Assembly: GCF_006345805.1 (NCBI RefSeq)
Contig: NC_043004.1
Location: forward strand, 62,620,001-62,684,000
From: Octopus sinensis
Taxonomy: Eukaryota
DNA length: 64,000 bases
Direction of reading: 5' to 3'
The position numbers were made by a program, and so were the translations under genes. Below are positions 38,315-53,048 of this stretch, one piece after another. Position 1 is the stretch's first letter. Every line of letters begins with the position of its first letter. The notes below the pieces were generated by a model, which ran no database searches, was not told where the DNA came from, and saw only the letters and a program-made list of their open reading frames with translations.

Positions 38315-40027
38315 CTGACTTGGTCAGTTGCTTTTGTTCTTTGTATATCTTTTACGACACACACACATACCACAACATACGCTTATATATGTATGTGTGT
38401 GTTTGTGTGTGTGTGTTTATGTGTGTGTGTGTACCTATATGTATACATTCATCCTCATACGTAAATATGTAGGAAACAGAGAAATACATGAGAACACAGA
38501 GGAAGAGTGGAAATGAACTAAATTGAAGAAAGGAAATATAGTATTAATGAGATATACGTATATTACCATCACTTTCATTATTTTTATGCATTGTTAACGA
38601 TTCTCACATCTCGATGCCTTAATATTAATAAATGACATGTTTTACGTATAAGGAATATGTTTACGATAACGTTAATACCAAAACATTCTTTATAAAAACT
38701 ACATATCTTGTTAAATACAGTTACCAGGAAACCCTGGTCGAAATTATCATTTATTTCGCTCTTTATGAACCTGAGAGAAAGACCATTGTCAGTGAACTTT
38801 GGAGCTGCTAACTTTTAAACAATTGACACTAGGAAAGAAAACAAGAAGAAAAACACGGAGTAGATTACCAATGTAACAACAATTAATGCCATGAAGTCGT
38901 AAACAAGATTCTAATGGAACACTATGTGATCTGTGTTCTGATGTTAAATTCTGACAAGATGTATTTCTAGAAATGCGGATATACAGAAGCAATCTCGTTC
39001 CTGGAATTCATGTATTTTTTAGATGTTCTCAAGTGTTTTAAGAGATAGAAATTTTCAAAAGAACTCATTGAACATTTTTTTAGACCCGTTAATAAAGATA
39101 TCAAAACTGGTCTTTTCGTTTTTAAATTTCTAGATTAAAGTTGAAAATGTCGTTGGATGTCTTTTATCATGGAACATAAAATTCAAAAGAAGGCAGTGAT
39201 ATCTAGGTTTAAGTTTTCCTTCCACGGCTCCGATGTAACGTTCGACTTTTGTATGACCACTGTTGTACTTCACTGAAATCTGTGCTCCGTAAACATCGGA
39301 GGACTCAGCGATGAGTCACTGCTTGATAACTCACCGCCGTGATCACATTCGTGTTCTTATATTTTAGATGTAATATATCGGACCTCTTCACTCCGTTTTG
39401 TTTTGGAATCAGAAAAATGGACACTACCTATTAACGATGTACAACATCTGAAATATGTAAAAAGGACGTTATTACCTTTTCATTTGAACTATTTCTATTA
39501 CAAGAACTTAGGCGATATTTGTACTTCAATAATACATTTCCCTTGTTTGCACCAGTCTTAGAGGCCCTTCAAAATGTCATCCATGAAGTCTTTCTGTTTT
39601 TAAAACTTGTGCTTTTACAGTAGCTGGAGAACGTAAGAAGTGATACTCAGTTTTAGTCATTGTCCCTGCTGTAGAGTTTTTAATCCAGTTGCGAAGCCTG
39701 TTTAAGACATTTAACGAGTTGAAGGAGTAAATGCCTAGCTTTTATAATATCATCGTTACTAAGCCAAACAATGTATATTTTATCAATTTGAAAATAGATG
39801 ATGATTTTCTGCTCATATGTTGCCCCGTCTTGCCGGATATTCTTTGCATTGTTCATCTTGCTATCTTAGATCAATATTTTGTCCGTTTGTTACAGATTAG
39901 AATTGCTAGAGGTGGGTCAAATGTAGGGAATGTATTCATCAAAGGAAATATGAAGAGCAGGAAAATATAATCACTGCCAACTAATGCTGTAGAAGGAAGC
40001 TACTGCTTTTTCGCAACACATACTTCA

Positions 40028-40080
<53 letters not shown>

Positions 40081-40699
40081 AACAAGCACACAGCCATACA
40101 TACATATTTACATGAATAAACTTGTGTGTGTGTGCGCGTATATATCGCGATGCTGTTATTTATAAGCTACAAATGGAATACGTAAATTATGTTTCTGAAG
40201 ATATATATTTCTTTTTTGACGAAGCACCGAACAATAACAATGCGAAAGATTGGCTGATTGATCCAGGGTATATGTTATGTTTAAACTAGTATGAGATATT
40301 TTTGCTTCTGAATAATTATTTCTATTCCCTCCAGAAAAGCTTTCCATCACTATTTATATATTCATGAATTGGCAATGCTGTAATACCAACTCAGCTCTCA
40401 TTTCGTATTCCCAGAATGAAATAACGCTGTATGTTTGGCAAATCTATTTACATTTCATCAACCTTATAGAAAAATAATCTATCAGTAATGCAACTTGTAG
40501 TACATATGATATATCAAAAATTATAGATACGATCATTATTATCAAGGGATTTAGTTAATAAATTTTAAGCATTCCTTCTTGAAACTCCGCAACTGTCTCA
40601 CATAATTCATTTCACAAAGAGATGATGCGATTATATGAAAACATACTCCTACAACAACGAGGTCCCACTAATTAACATTTTTCCCACACTCGTTAAGTA

Positions 40700-40850
40700 A
40701 CTGTTGACCCCAATGTTCTAATAGTACTTGTTTTCTCGATCCAGAAACGATGAAAGACAAATTTGATCTCGGCAGAATTTTAACTCAGAACGCTAAGATG
40801 CAAGAAATACCGCTAACCATTTTGCCGGCATGTTAACGGTTCTCACATCT
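40700..40850 (-). mobile_element. SINE family B, old copy
   Basis: CTCGGCAGAATTTTAACTCAGAACG...GAAATACCGCTAACCATTTTGCC core. Confidence 0.65.
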
Positions 40851-41789
40851 CAATGACTTAATACTGATAAATGACATGATTGACGGATAAAGAAAATGTT
40901 CACGATAAAGTTAATACCAAAACATTCTTTACTTTCTACATAAAAGCTGAATTTACCCGTCTAAAACTGCTCAATTATACATGTATCGTAGCGCCAATCA
41001 CATGTGAATGATTTGAAATATTCTTAATGTAAACATAAAGCAGGTTTCATGCATTTATATTAAACATCAAAGCCAACATACCCAACGTAGTTTATATATC
41101 GTAAAAATGAAAATTGAAAATGCTAATTAATTCAAAATTTTCCGTATTTATCTCATATAAATCTCATTTCTAATTGTGTCTCTGAACTTTATACAAAACA
41201 AGATTTCTACATTATAATAAAAGTTCTATCCTACTTCAAATCTCTTAGGTATGTAAGCGATAAAAGCGCCCGAATTATTCTTTTTTCATATATTTTAACG
41301 TCCCTAAAGTAGAATTGATCGCAATTCAACTTTGGCTCAATGAGCTATCAGCAAATGTTTCTATGTAGATTAATATCGGATTCAAGACAATGAACGAGTT
41401 CTGTATGATCACTCGGCCGGGAAAGAAATAATAGTTGTTAAATGCCCAGAGGGACAGTTTTCGTATAGCGTGATGGATTCATAAAATTATTACTTTCGAA
41501 GCGTACACTTTACAGGCAGAGCAATGCCTGACTCCTCGTAACAAAATTAAATGATATAACCCATAGTTAAACTGTTAAATAAAACATGTCTTTGAACATG
41601 ATATCTTACATCTGAAAGGTGATAATAAAGGAATGACAAAAATATTTTGGCCATGTAATAAAAAGGACAAACTACAACTTCATAGGGCTAACAACCTCGA
41701 ATATATTCCAAACGCCAGTGCATTCACAGAACTGCCTAGGAAGAGGGTGTCTCTGATCCGTGAAGACAGGAATGGCAATCAGAGGAGAC

Positions 41790-41945
41790 CAACAGGATTA
41801 TTATCATTATTATTATTACTATTATTATTATTGTTATTATTATTGCTATTATTATTATTATTATTATTATTATTTATTATTATTATTATTATTATTATTG
41901 TCATCGTCATCATCATCATCATCATCATCATGATCATCATCATCA

Positions 41946-41982
<37 letters not shown>

Positions 41983-41996
41983 CATTATTATTATTA

Positions 41997-42053
<57 letters not shown>

Positions 42054-42075
42054 TATTATTAGCATTGGTGTTATT
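41790..42075. repeat. (ATT)n/(ATC)n microsatellite
   Basis: Direct reading. Confidence 0.95.
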
Positions 42076-45000
42076 ATTTGCTTTGCCTATTTGTTTACTG
42101 TAACTTTTGGAAGGCGTATAGGAAATGCAATAACGTTTCCTAAGAAATGCATTCATTAACTTCACTCGCCATGTAGTTTATAGAACCTGTCAGTAATCTC
42201 AATAACAAACGTTTACGACTTAATAAACGATATCAATGAATAATCCATCAATTTTCCTAATAGTTATTTGGATGATTAGGCATATAATTAAAACGGATGT
42301 GACAAGTTTTTAAGAAGATTTCAGCTTCATTGGAACTCTGAGTACTAGAAATGAAAAGGAATAAATTTGCAAAGTTGTTTAATCCATTACATTTTTGTCA
42401 TAATAAACTACTTCACCTTTTATTATGGAAATGCATTTCAATGATTAATCGTTCATTCTAATAATAGCTTTTCAATAGTCGATCACGTTTATTTCAAATT
42501 GATCGACTGATAGTTGACACTTAGTGCTTACAATTATTTGCGCTCTTATCAAGTTGTTTTCATTGGAATTAAAATATAAGTTTGAGAAAAATAATTATCT
42601 CAATTTCTTTAAATTCTTTTTCGCCTGCGAATATTTGTAATGCAGTGTCTTCTTGGAGACTAAGGGAGTAACATCGGGTATGTTTGCTTGCCATGTCCTT
42701 TCAAAGGAATATAATTTTGAAACGCTAAATCGCAAACCTTTTTCTAAATCCTCACTATGGCAAATCTCACGTTACTACCTTCTGTAAATGTTTAGTTAGC
42801 GGCCTTTCTGGCGTTAGATTTCATATACATCTGGACCAGTTCTTTCGTAAAGGAAAAGTGTAGTGCCTCTATGAAACATTAACTTCATTAAACCCTTTGA
42901 AAGAAAATGTCCACTCTTTATTAAATGCATAGGATGTCCAAAATTGCAAATGAAATAGCACGTGAAGACGGATATAATATGTTATAGAATATTAGCTACA
43001 CGTCCATTGATAAGCAGTATTTAAGAAATATTTGACTCAAATAGCGAATTTCTAAAACTATCAGTTCATATATTACCATGAACATTATAGATATTTCCCT
43101 ATTGGAATCTGTACGCAACGTAAATAATGTATGTTGAGGATTCACAAGAGTATTATTCCCTTGAACAACGAGAAATGCTTTGTGGGTATTTTATATCAAA
43201 TTTAGCATTGTTCAGTAATTAAAAGAATAATTTGCTGTTTCTTTTTAAAACATTGACGAGTAAGTTGTAAATTATTACTGATGCATATGCTATTTCGGGC
43301 TGACTGAGCCATTAAGGAATAAAGGCTTGTGCGTAGCACATTCCTTCGGTGATATGACTAGAGGTAAGAGAAGCAAATAATATTATACAAAAAAAAACAT
43401 AATAACAACACATATATATCGAATATTTGAATACCAGACGCGTATAGTTTGTAAATATGCACTCTGGTCCATATGTATATGTTTTGTGCCGAGGTAACGT
43501 TCACCGCACGGATAAACATTAATGCTTCTGTAGAATGCATGCTGATAGAAGGGAATAGTTTAATCACTCAATTAAAATTAATACGGCACATGTTTAGCCC
43601 CACTTTCTAAATCGCTGAATGAAAGCAGCGTGGAAACTGCGTAAGGTAAAATATGGAAAAAGTATTTTCTTTTAAGATTACCTACCTTCAGAATGTAGAA
43701 ATCACCGGATGTTTTGCCCTTCGAGTTTTATCTTCCTATGTCGATAATTTTAGGCGTTTGTCAAGAGGTTGGCGCTTGTTCACAGACTGATCAGTGATGC
43801 GCGATCCTAGAGTAAGCAACCTGATATAGTTGAGACACGGATCAATTTAGATCAAACAAATTTTTTGATAGGATGGACCATAAATGATTGGAAGTACACT
43901 TTTCGGTGGCCGGTTTCACACGCATTTTCAGGGTCTGATTCACTGTCATAGTCAAAGTAAATTGTCATTGTGGTCTATAGGAATATTTTGGCGTGGCATG
44001 TTCGGTCAGTCAAAAAATCATCATACTCGCCCGTTTTAGGTGCTCTATCTGGAGCCAGTTCCACGGAAGCATCCCAAGGTTACTATGACGCGGACCATAC
44101 GGGGAGGATTCTGCTGAAGATATCACTGTAATTGCGTCGGACATGTTGCAGATCGATACTTTCGACACTGTGTGTTATAATTATGATTAAATCAATACAA
44201 AGACAAAGTAGTGTCTGAGAGTCGTGAACATGACGTAGGACGGCGTCTCACTCTTCCATTTCATATTCTGTATTGTTTCTCAAAGTTAGAGGGCTCTTTT
44301 CCTACTTCTACACATTTTCCTACTTCTACACATTTTCTTTATTTTTGAATATGTGAAAAATTTCACTCAGGAAATATTAGTTGCTTAGTTAAAGTACATG
44401 AATGAGCCATATGCCAAAAACCTCCTGGGCTTACAGAAGACTTGAATGTCTAGTCTGATAAAATGCTTCCAGCATCTGCTATGCAAATAGCCTGAAATTG
44501 AGACGGAATGATTCATAATGATTTTCAAGTCTGAAGTACGAAGTTACATATGTGAAACGAAGTCATTAGTCAAGCATTAGCATTTATATTTTATAGAATT
44601 TACAAACGTTATAAGATTGCTCTAATTAGTCAATAATTAAAGAACGTTAAAGTATTGAAGTGGGTTCATATAAACTGTTATTTTCGTATCTAAATATAAA
44701 TTGTTTTTGATACATGAACTGAAATTTATGTCCCATATTACATAAATGCTATTCTTAATGTACGCAGCATTTCCGCTTCAGTGAAGAAATATCGATCCAA
44801 TAGCACACCTTTCGAGACCAAAATATATAAGCAAATATTAATGGTTTTGTAAAGCAAGATTTGTTTGACTTGTCAGTAATAATCAATGCCTTCACCATTT
44901 TGACTAAAACTGTTTTATGTTTTTTTCTGTACATAATATAGTAAATCAAATTAAAAGAGATCTGAGTCACCTTTCGAAATCTATTGGTTGTTTTCAAATA

Positions 45001-45380
45001 TCTCCAAACAAACGAGGAAATGCAGCTTTTGTAAAGAGATTTTATATTCTAAAAGTAGAAGAGAAGTCCAAGACACTTCTATTGGTTAAGTATGAATTAG
45101 GAAGGGTCCTACTGCCTAGTACAACAATTGGCAGATAATTACTAACTCAAAGTTTATTGATATAATTCTTTTACGTATTTCAAATTTAGCTGGTCATTAA
45201 ATAGATACAATTATTTGTTTTTCTGTAATGCTTTGTATGGAACAGTGGAACCGATATTATATTGGAACAAAACATTATTTAATATTTCAACACTTGAGTA
45301 CATAATGCCTAAATGTTGATAGCTTCCTCATTTCTGCGTTATACGTTCCATTTTTTGATATAATAAAGATATATATATAT

Positions 45381-45486
45381 AAACCATACTAATGTAGAAT
45401 ATGAAGGTAGACAATGAAGAATATATACATATATATATATATATATTCTTCATAGTCTACCCTTATATTCTACATTAGCATGGTTT
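45381..45486. repeat. Inverted repeat with arms of about 47 bp (4 mismatches) around a (TA)n centre
   Basis: AAACCATACTAATGTAGAATATGAAGGTAGACAATGAAGA vs TCTTCATAGTCTACCCTTATATTCTACATTAGCATGGTTT. Confidence 0.9.
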
Positions 45487-45668
45487 TTATGCGGTATACG
45501 TTAATAAAAGAGTTAAATACTTGCTCAGGTGAACATATATGTTTATATATATGTATATATGCGTATAACAAGAGATGACCACTATGTGGACATGAAATAT
45601 GCAAGAAGAAGATCACCTACGATCTAACCACAAAGAAAAGAATGTTCTTTTATTTAAATTATATATAT

Positions 45669-46078
45669 AGTCGCAGGAGTGGCTGTGTGGTAAGTAGCTT
45701 GCTAACCAACCACATGGTTCCGGGTTCAGTCCCACTGCGTGGCATCTTGGGCAAGTGCCTTCTGCTATAGCTTCGGGCCGACCAAAGCCTTGTGAGTGGA
45801 TTTGGTAGACGGAAACTGAAAGAAGCCTGTCGTATATATGTATATATATATAAGTGTGTGTGTATATGTTTGTGTGTCTGTGTTTGTCCCCCTAGCATTG
45901 CTTGACAACCGATGCTGGTGTGTTTACGTCCCCGTCACTTAGCGGTTCGGCAAAAGACACCGATAGAATAAGTACTGGGCTTACAAAGAATAAGTCCCGG
46001 GGTCGATTTGCTCGACTAAAGGCGTTGCTCCAGCATGGCCGCAGTCAACTGACTGAAACAAGTAAAAGAGTAAAAAAG
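45669..46078 (+). mobile_element. SINE family A (first of a tandem pair)
   Basis: Full-length copy. Confidence 0.9.
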
Positions 46079-46098
46079 ATATATACATATATACATAT

Positions 46099-46470
46099 AG
46101 GCACAGGAGTGGCTGTGTGGTAAGTAGCTTGCTAACCAACCACACGGTTGCGGGTTCAGTCCCACTGCGTGGCATCTTGGGCAAGTGTCTTCTGCTATAG
46201 CCTCGGGCCGACCAATGCCTTGTGAGTGGATTTGGTAGACGGAAACCGAAAGAAGCCTGTCGTATATATGTATATATATGTGTATGCGTGTGTTTGTGTG
46301 TCTGTGTTTGTCCCCTAGCATTGCTTGACAACCGATGCTAGTGTATTTAGGTCCCCGTCACTTAGCGGTTCGGCAAAAAGAGACCGATAGAATAAGTACT
46401 AAAAGGTGGTGCTCCAGCATGGCCGCAGTCAAATGACTGAAACAAGTAAAAGAGTAAAGAGTAAAAGAGT
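46099..46470 (+). mobile_element. SINE family A (second of the pair, internal deletion)
   Basis: Lacks the GGGCTTACAAAGAATAAGTCCCGGGGTCGATTTGCTCGACT segment. Confidence 0.9.
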
Positions 46471-46943
46471 ATATTATATATATCATGATTATAAATGTGT
46501 GCGTGTGCATATATGTATGTATATATTATGATTATCATTGAAAAATAGAAAAAATTTCATTTACTTTGGGAGAGTCTAGTCAGTTTTGTACTTTGACCAT
46601 ATACACACTTGCTGAGGTAGACTGAAATTCGTGTAAGATGTATTTGTAAGATTTCTGTGTAATCGTAGGTTTACGTTTGCTTTCCTATGGGTATGTATAA
46701 ATTTTTGATTTATTTCCTTAAGTGTGTATTGCTGATATGGAAATGCTATTGGACCAATCCAGAAATACCTCACTCCAAGACTATCGATTTTTTGAATTTC
46801 TACGAACCCACTCCCTCGATTTCAGCATTGTAAAAGGGATAATTTTTAAGTGGCATTGACGATTTAGCGTTTATTTTCAGCATGGGCATATTTTCTACTA
46901 TGACCTTAATTATATATCTATCTATCTATCTATCTATCTATCA

Positions 46944-46984
<41 letters not shown>

Positions 46985-46998
46985 CTATCTATCTATCT

Positions 46999-47083
<85 letters not shown>

Positions 47084-47204
47084 CTATATATACCCTTATT
47101 CTATATAGATATATACACACACGCATACGCATATAGCTATGTGTGTGTCTCTGTACGTGTGTGTTTGCATGTGCGTTTAGAGATCCAATAAAGGTAGAAT
47201 TTTT

Positions 47205-48222
47205 CTTTGCATCTATCTTTCTGTCAGTTTGAATGGTGAAGTTCTAGAGGAGTTAGATGTGGTCATTTTCAAACACTGGATGTGGTTTGTGTTCACACCA
47301 GCTTTTTTCATGGGACAAATCCAGGTATTTGCAAATTACCCAGTGAATATATTGTGCAGCTCTATCATGCCTGTTGAGATAATATGTACGCTAGAAGACT
47401 GCACTTGGAGACAATATGATCAATGGTTTCATTTTGTTGTTGACATACACGACATGTTGGGCTACTGCCGTTCTTTAATATGTTGGCCTGGTAGTTCCTT
47501 GTAGGTAGGCATTGGTCTTGAGCTGCTATGATAAACCCTTCTGTTTCAGATTTTAAGCCAGAGGCCATTAGCCATTGATGGGTCAGGGATTTGTCAATAT
47601 CTGCATTATTCGCTCGCTTTGGGTATTTGCCATAGAGAGGTTTTTCTTGCCATTTATCATTCAGAATATCTAAGGCCGCAGTTTTAGCACGGTTTTTCAT
47701 GCGCTTAGCTTTTTTGTGCTTGTTTCTTGTATGTCTAATTCCGAAATTTGTTGTATTCGGAATTCACTTAGATATTCCTTTGCCTGTTTTGTTACTGAGT
47801 ATGATGCTTTCTTGTTTTCATGTTTTGCGACACGTTTTAACATCCAGTCCTCAGAGTTTTTCAGGTAGGTGTGTAGGCCAAAGCTGACAATCTTCATTGT
47901 TAATTTAAGTTGTAATATCTGCAGCTTCCGTCTTTTAATGCCAATTGTAGCAATCTTTATTATTATTGCCAGTTGTAAAAGTCCACGGCCTCCCTCTTTT
48001 CTTGGCAGAAAAAGCCGTTCTATATCTGCCTTAGGGTGATGCATTCTATGCAATGTCAACAGTTTTCGTATTTTTCTGTCAAGGTTATATATTTCAATAA
48101 TTGACCAGTTAACGATATTGAAACTGTAAGTCACGACGGGTATGACTAAAGCATTGATCGCTTCGATCCTGTTTCTCGCATTCAGCTCTGTCTAGAGTAT
48201 TGCTCTTACTCTGCGATAACAT
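47205..48222 (-). mobile_element. R4/Dong-clade non-LTR fragment (RT thumb, CCHC, start of REL endonuclease)
   Basis: AINALVIPVVTYSF, HHPKADIERLFLPRKEGGRGL, GLKSETEGFIIAAQDQCLPTRNY, CRVCQQQNETIDHIVSKC and FTIQTDRKID. Confidence 0.9.
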
Positions 48223-48223
48223 T

Positions 48224-48322
<99 letters not shown>
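48223..48322. repeat. (ATC)n(ATT)n microsatellite abutting the R4/Dong 5' junction
   Basis: Direct reading. Confidence 0.95.
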
Positions 48323-49419
48323 TTCCTATATCTTCCTGATCATGTTTGTGAAAAGTGTTGCATGTGAGGAAATTCTTCTTTCATAAATGTTTCTGGTTTT
48401 TTCTGCAATGATATACACATTACACGATTATTTAATTCTTGTCATATAGTCATTTAAAGATTTGGAAAAGAGATTAAAATGATGACGAAAACTTACCTTC
48501 TTGAAGATGTTCCATAAGTCAGCAACGAAGCTCTAAATTTTATCTCTGAAGATACTGAAGGTATTTAATGCTGAAGTTGTCTTCTAGTTTAGTAATGGAT
48601 TTTAAAAAAAAATAATATATATAACTCCTATAAAAATATTTTGAGTGCGCTCTCTTTCCTTTGTCCATCCACCCGTGTATATACGTGTGTGTGTGTGTGT
48701 GTGTGTGAACCTAATGATATGCAGGCATAAACACATATATATATGCGGTTTCGTTAATAGATATTTGCACAAACTGGTAATAAATTAGAATATATTAACT
48801 GAATGCATAAGCCATATATTTTACATCAAGAACGGAACAGCCGCGTGGGATATTTATGTAATGATACATATATTGAAATATTCTTGTGCAAGTGGCCTTT
48901 TTTTTAAAACAGTGATTGAAATGAGTCACGACTCATGTAGTTGTCTTTTATTTACTGGATCACATGTATTTGTACAAATTTCGTTCATCTGGAAACGTAT
49001 CAGTTACTATTTATAAAAACAGTTCTCAGTTAAATATAAGGCTTTTCTGAATGAACGGTGGTATTTGATGATAGCGGCAACGCTATGTGAGTGACTATTA
49101 TATATTGTTCACAACGAAGGAATAAAAGGCAAAGATGATATCGATAATGTCTAAAATGTGAATTTGATATCAGCAACAGCTCCCGTAATTAATTTGGTCT
49201 AACATTTTCCAATATATATGTGTATTTACAACTACAGCAATTTTAAACCACACTGCATAATTTAGTTGTACGTGTACACACACGGACATACATACACACG
49301 CACACACAAAAATGCTCACACATACGCACATACACATATGTTTCTCAAATGTGCTACTTCATGCAGTCGTGTGTCTATACATATCGTGAATCAATTAGAG
49401 GGAAACACCGTGTGTATCA

Positions 49420-49476
<57 letters not shown>

Positions 49477-49766
49477 TGTGTGTGTGCGTGTGTATGTATG
49501 CACATATATATATATATATGCACATATATATGTATGCATATATATATATGTATATATATATGTATATATATTAAGTATATATATATAAATAAATAAATAA
49601 ATATATATGCTCACATAGACATACGCACATATATATGTGTATATACATATACGTACGCATATACATACATGCAAAATTAATAAAAACACACACAAATACA
49701 TATCCGCACACACACATGATTCTCTACTAAACGATTCATCTCAGTAATTGACATACCTCATTTATT

Positions 49767-49818
<52 letters not shown>

Positions 49819-50043
49819 CGTTGCAAAATTAAGTGTATTGTTATGAAAGAAAATACGTACAATACTCGTTTATTTTTATGAAAAATAAAAAAAGATACGA
49901 TAAAAGTATAATAGTTATGGTAAATGTACTATTATGATTAATGACACTGAAAAAGGTGAGACTATGTAATGTAACGTGCTAATAGATTTAATGAATTAAG
50001 TATTATAATATTCATGTGATACTTATTGTATACCTAATATTGA

Positions 50044-50086
<43 letters not shown>

Positions 50087-51130
50087 ATGTATTGTATATA
50101 TATACACTTACATACATACATATACATCTACAAAAATACACATACACACACATATGCACATGTTTTATGCATACACACATATATAATGGCGCTCGGACAC
50201 TTACACATATGGACAATTTTCAGTGTTTTGTTTATATCCATCTGTTCAGTTATACTTACTCTCCTGTTACTAATAGCTGTAAATAAAGAATATTTATTCA
50301 TATCCCAGCGTCTTCACTGCCTTATTCGTTTAGAAATTCTGTCCGTGGTAAAGCATAAACATAAAATAAATATTTATACAAAGACGTGATACACACAGTT
50401 TGCATCCTAACTCTGTAACAGTAGATTGTTGAATAGAAACTAATGAATTTATCTTAGATATTTTTTTATATTTTATTTGATGATGTTATATTTATATATT
50501 TCATATAAATTTTCTAGTACAATTTCGACAAGCACTTTCTGGTGCTCTTGCAGTCATAATAGAGTTTAATTGAACAAATATACAGATACATTATTGAAAA
50601 TAGCGAACGTTCAAAACGATAAAGGAAAAAGTATTGCGATCAATATAGCAAATGCTTTCATACAATTTCAAAGTAAACTCATCGAATAGTTTGAAATGCT
50701 CATGTATAGATCGGGAAACAGTTCCAATCGTGGAAAGAAGTTAACGAAAAAAAGACTGCGTAAAATATATTCCATTTTCTCTACCATTTTCAGATACGTA
50801 CAAACAATGGCTAATTTATTACGGTCCCTTATATTTGGACAGGTTATATATGAAAATCCGGCTTCAAAGTATTTGAGTATAGGTGCTCAGAAGCCAAAAG
50901 ATGACAAAAGTACATGCATATGTAGATGATAATAAAAGTATACACAGCTGCAAATACATTATAGGCACGCACAAGACCATATACATACATACATACATAC
51001 ATAGGAACGCACTCACACACAAAAACAGTCATATATATATATATACGCACATATGCATTATACATATATTTATTTATATATATATTTATATATTTGTACA
51101 TATATGAATACGTATATCTCTGTTTGTAGA

Positions 51131-51223
<93 letters not shown>

Positions 51224-51745
51224 ATTATTATTACTATTATTATTATTAGTATTAGTATTGTTAATATTAGTAGAGATTTTTCAGAGTCAGTTACAAGATA
51301 AGTATGATACTAATAGAAATACGTTATAGTTTATGAACATACATACGTCTATATAAAGGTACGTATACGAAAAACAAAATATTATAAAGTGGGTAAGGAA
51401 AAATGGGTAGTGGTATTAGCGTACTACGTGTTATTCAGATTATTGTGATGTAAAGCATAAAGCAAAAATTATCTAAAATCTATCACACAATAAAGCCAGA
51501 AAAGGAGGATACACCGGATCCGGTTTAATTTATCCTAACGCGTATGTGGTACATTTGTAGTTGATTTGTAGGTAACCGAAATTTAAATGTAAGGACCAGT
51601 ATTATATATGATTACATCAGATGGGGTAAAGTAACTGTTCCGTCGCAGGTTAATAATCCCATAAAGAAACTACTTTGCTTAATGGGATTATCGTATCGAT
51701 TTCTTCATTTATATTATGACTATCTGTGTGCATTTTATATTTATA

Positions 51746-52146
51746 CTAGCAGTATCGCCCGGCGTTGCTCGGGTTTGTAAGGGAAATAACTATATAAGCA
51801 TTTTTAGAGAGTTATAGCCAAAAAATAGCAAAAAATGCATTAAAAATGGAAAAAAAATGATGGTAATTTTTTTTTTAAATCGTTGACTTATCATAGACAT
51901 TTTTAGAGAGTTACTTCCCTTATATAATAGCGAAACAAATGCATTAAAATGGACAAAAATGATGGTAATTTTTTTTTTAAATCGTAAACTCATCGTAGAC
52001 GCGTGCTAATACCCAGAAGGGCTCGATATGAATCACGACTATAAGATACCTGGTTTTGGTTAAACTGCACCGCAAAATGTTGGAGTAGTTAGGAATCTAA
52101 ATCGTAGGAGACAGACAGCACACAACCTTACTTTTATATATAAAGA
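51746..52146 (-). mobile_element. Non-autonomous Helitron
   Basis: On the minus strand it starts A/TC and ends CTAG/T, with a subterminal hairpin CCCGAGCAACGCCGGG (51758-51773) and an internal direct repeat of about 100 bp. Confidence 0.85.
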
Positions 52147-52282
52147 TATTTACTTATTTAATTTTACATTTTCAACCTGAATCAGACAGACGACCAGTTG
52201 ATGTATTGTTCCAACCATTAGATAATAATCTATTCAAATCGCATTGCGCTCTTCTTATTGCGTTATAATAATAACAACAACA

Positions 52283-52314
<32 letters not shown>

Positions 52315-52343
52315 CATAAGAAGAAGACGAAGAAGAAGAAGAA

Positions 52344-52434
<91 letters not shown>

Positions 52435-52452
52435 TATAATTATAATAATTTG

Positions 52453-52969
52453 TGAGTGTGACCCCCCTTCGGTCATGAATAACTATGGGATGGTACCTAG
52501 AAAGTTACTCTCGGAGGCACAAGTCTGAGCAAGCTTGTTTGCGGAAGACTAGCAGTCGCCCATACATACCAACCACCCCTCTCCACGCCACCGATCCTAT
52601 CCAAGGGAAAAGCTAAGGCCGATACAGCTTGGCACCAGTAAAATCGCAGCTTGTTTATTAACGTGCAAGTGGTTGAGCACTCCACAGACAGGTACACCCT
52701 TACTGTATTTCCCAGGGAGATTCAGCGTGACACGGAGTGTGACAAGGCTGTCTCTTTGAAATATAGGTACAACAGAAACAAGAAGAAAGCGTGAGAGAAA
52801 TTTGTGGTGAAAGAGTACAGCAGACTGCACCACCACCCCCTACCGGGGCCTCGTGGAGCTTTAGGGTTTTTCGCGCAATAAACACTCACAATGCCCGGTC
52901 TGGGAATCGAAACCCCGATCCTCCGAACGCGAGTCCGCTGCCCTAACCACTGGGCCATTGCATCTCCAC
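52453..52969 (-). mobile_element. SINE family C with a different 3' tail from the 15200 copy, embedded in (AAT)n
   Basis: tRNA-like head GTGGAGATGCAATGGCCCAGTGGTTAGGGC...GGTTTCGATTCCC. Confidence 0.8.
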
Positions 52970-52982
52970 AATAATAACGATG

Positions 52983-53034
<52 letters not shown>

Positions 53035-53048
53035 TAATAATAATAATA

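Noticed and set aside
43880-44160. GC-richer unique island with short open frames on both strands
   Set aside because: No recognisable domain; exon and old TE cannot be distinguished.
45570-45610. GATGACCACTATGTGGACATGAAAT as a decayed HHR
   Set aside because: Both core boxes and stem III would need several corrections.
52900-52969. tRNA gene
   Set aside because: A tRNA-derived SINE head followed by SINE body; no complete cloverleaf or terminator.
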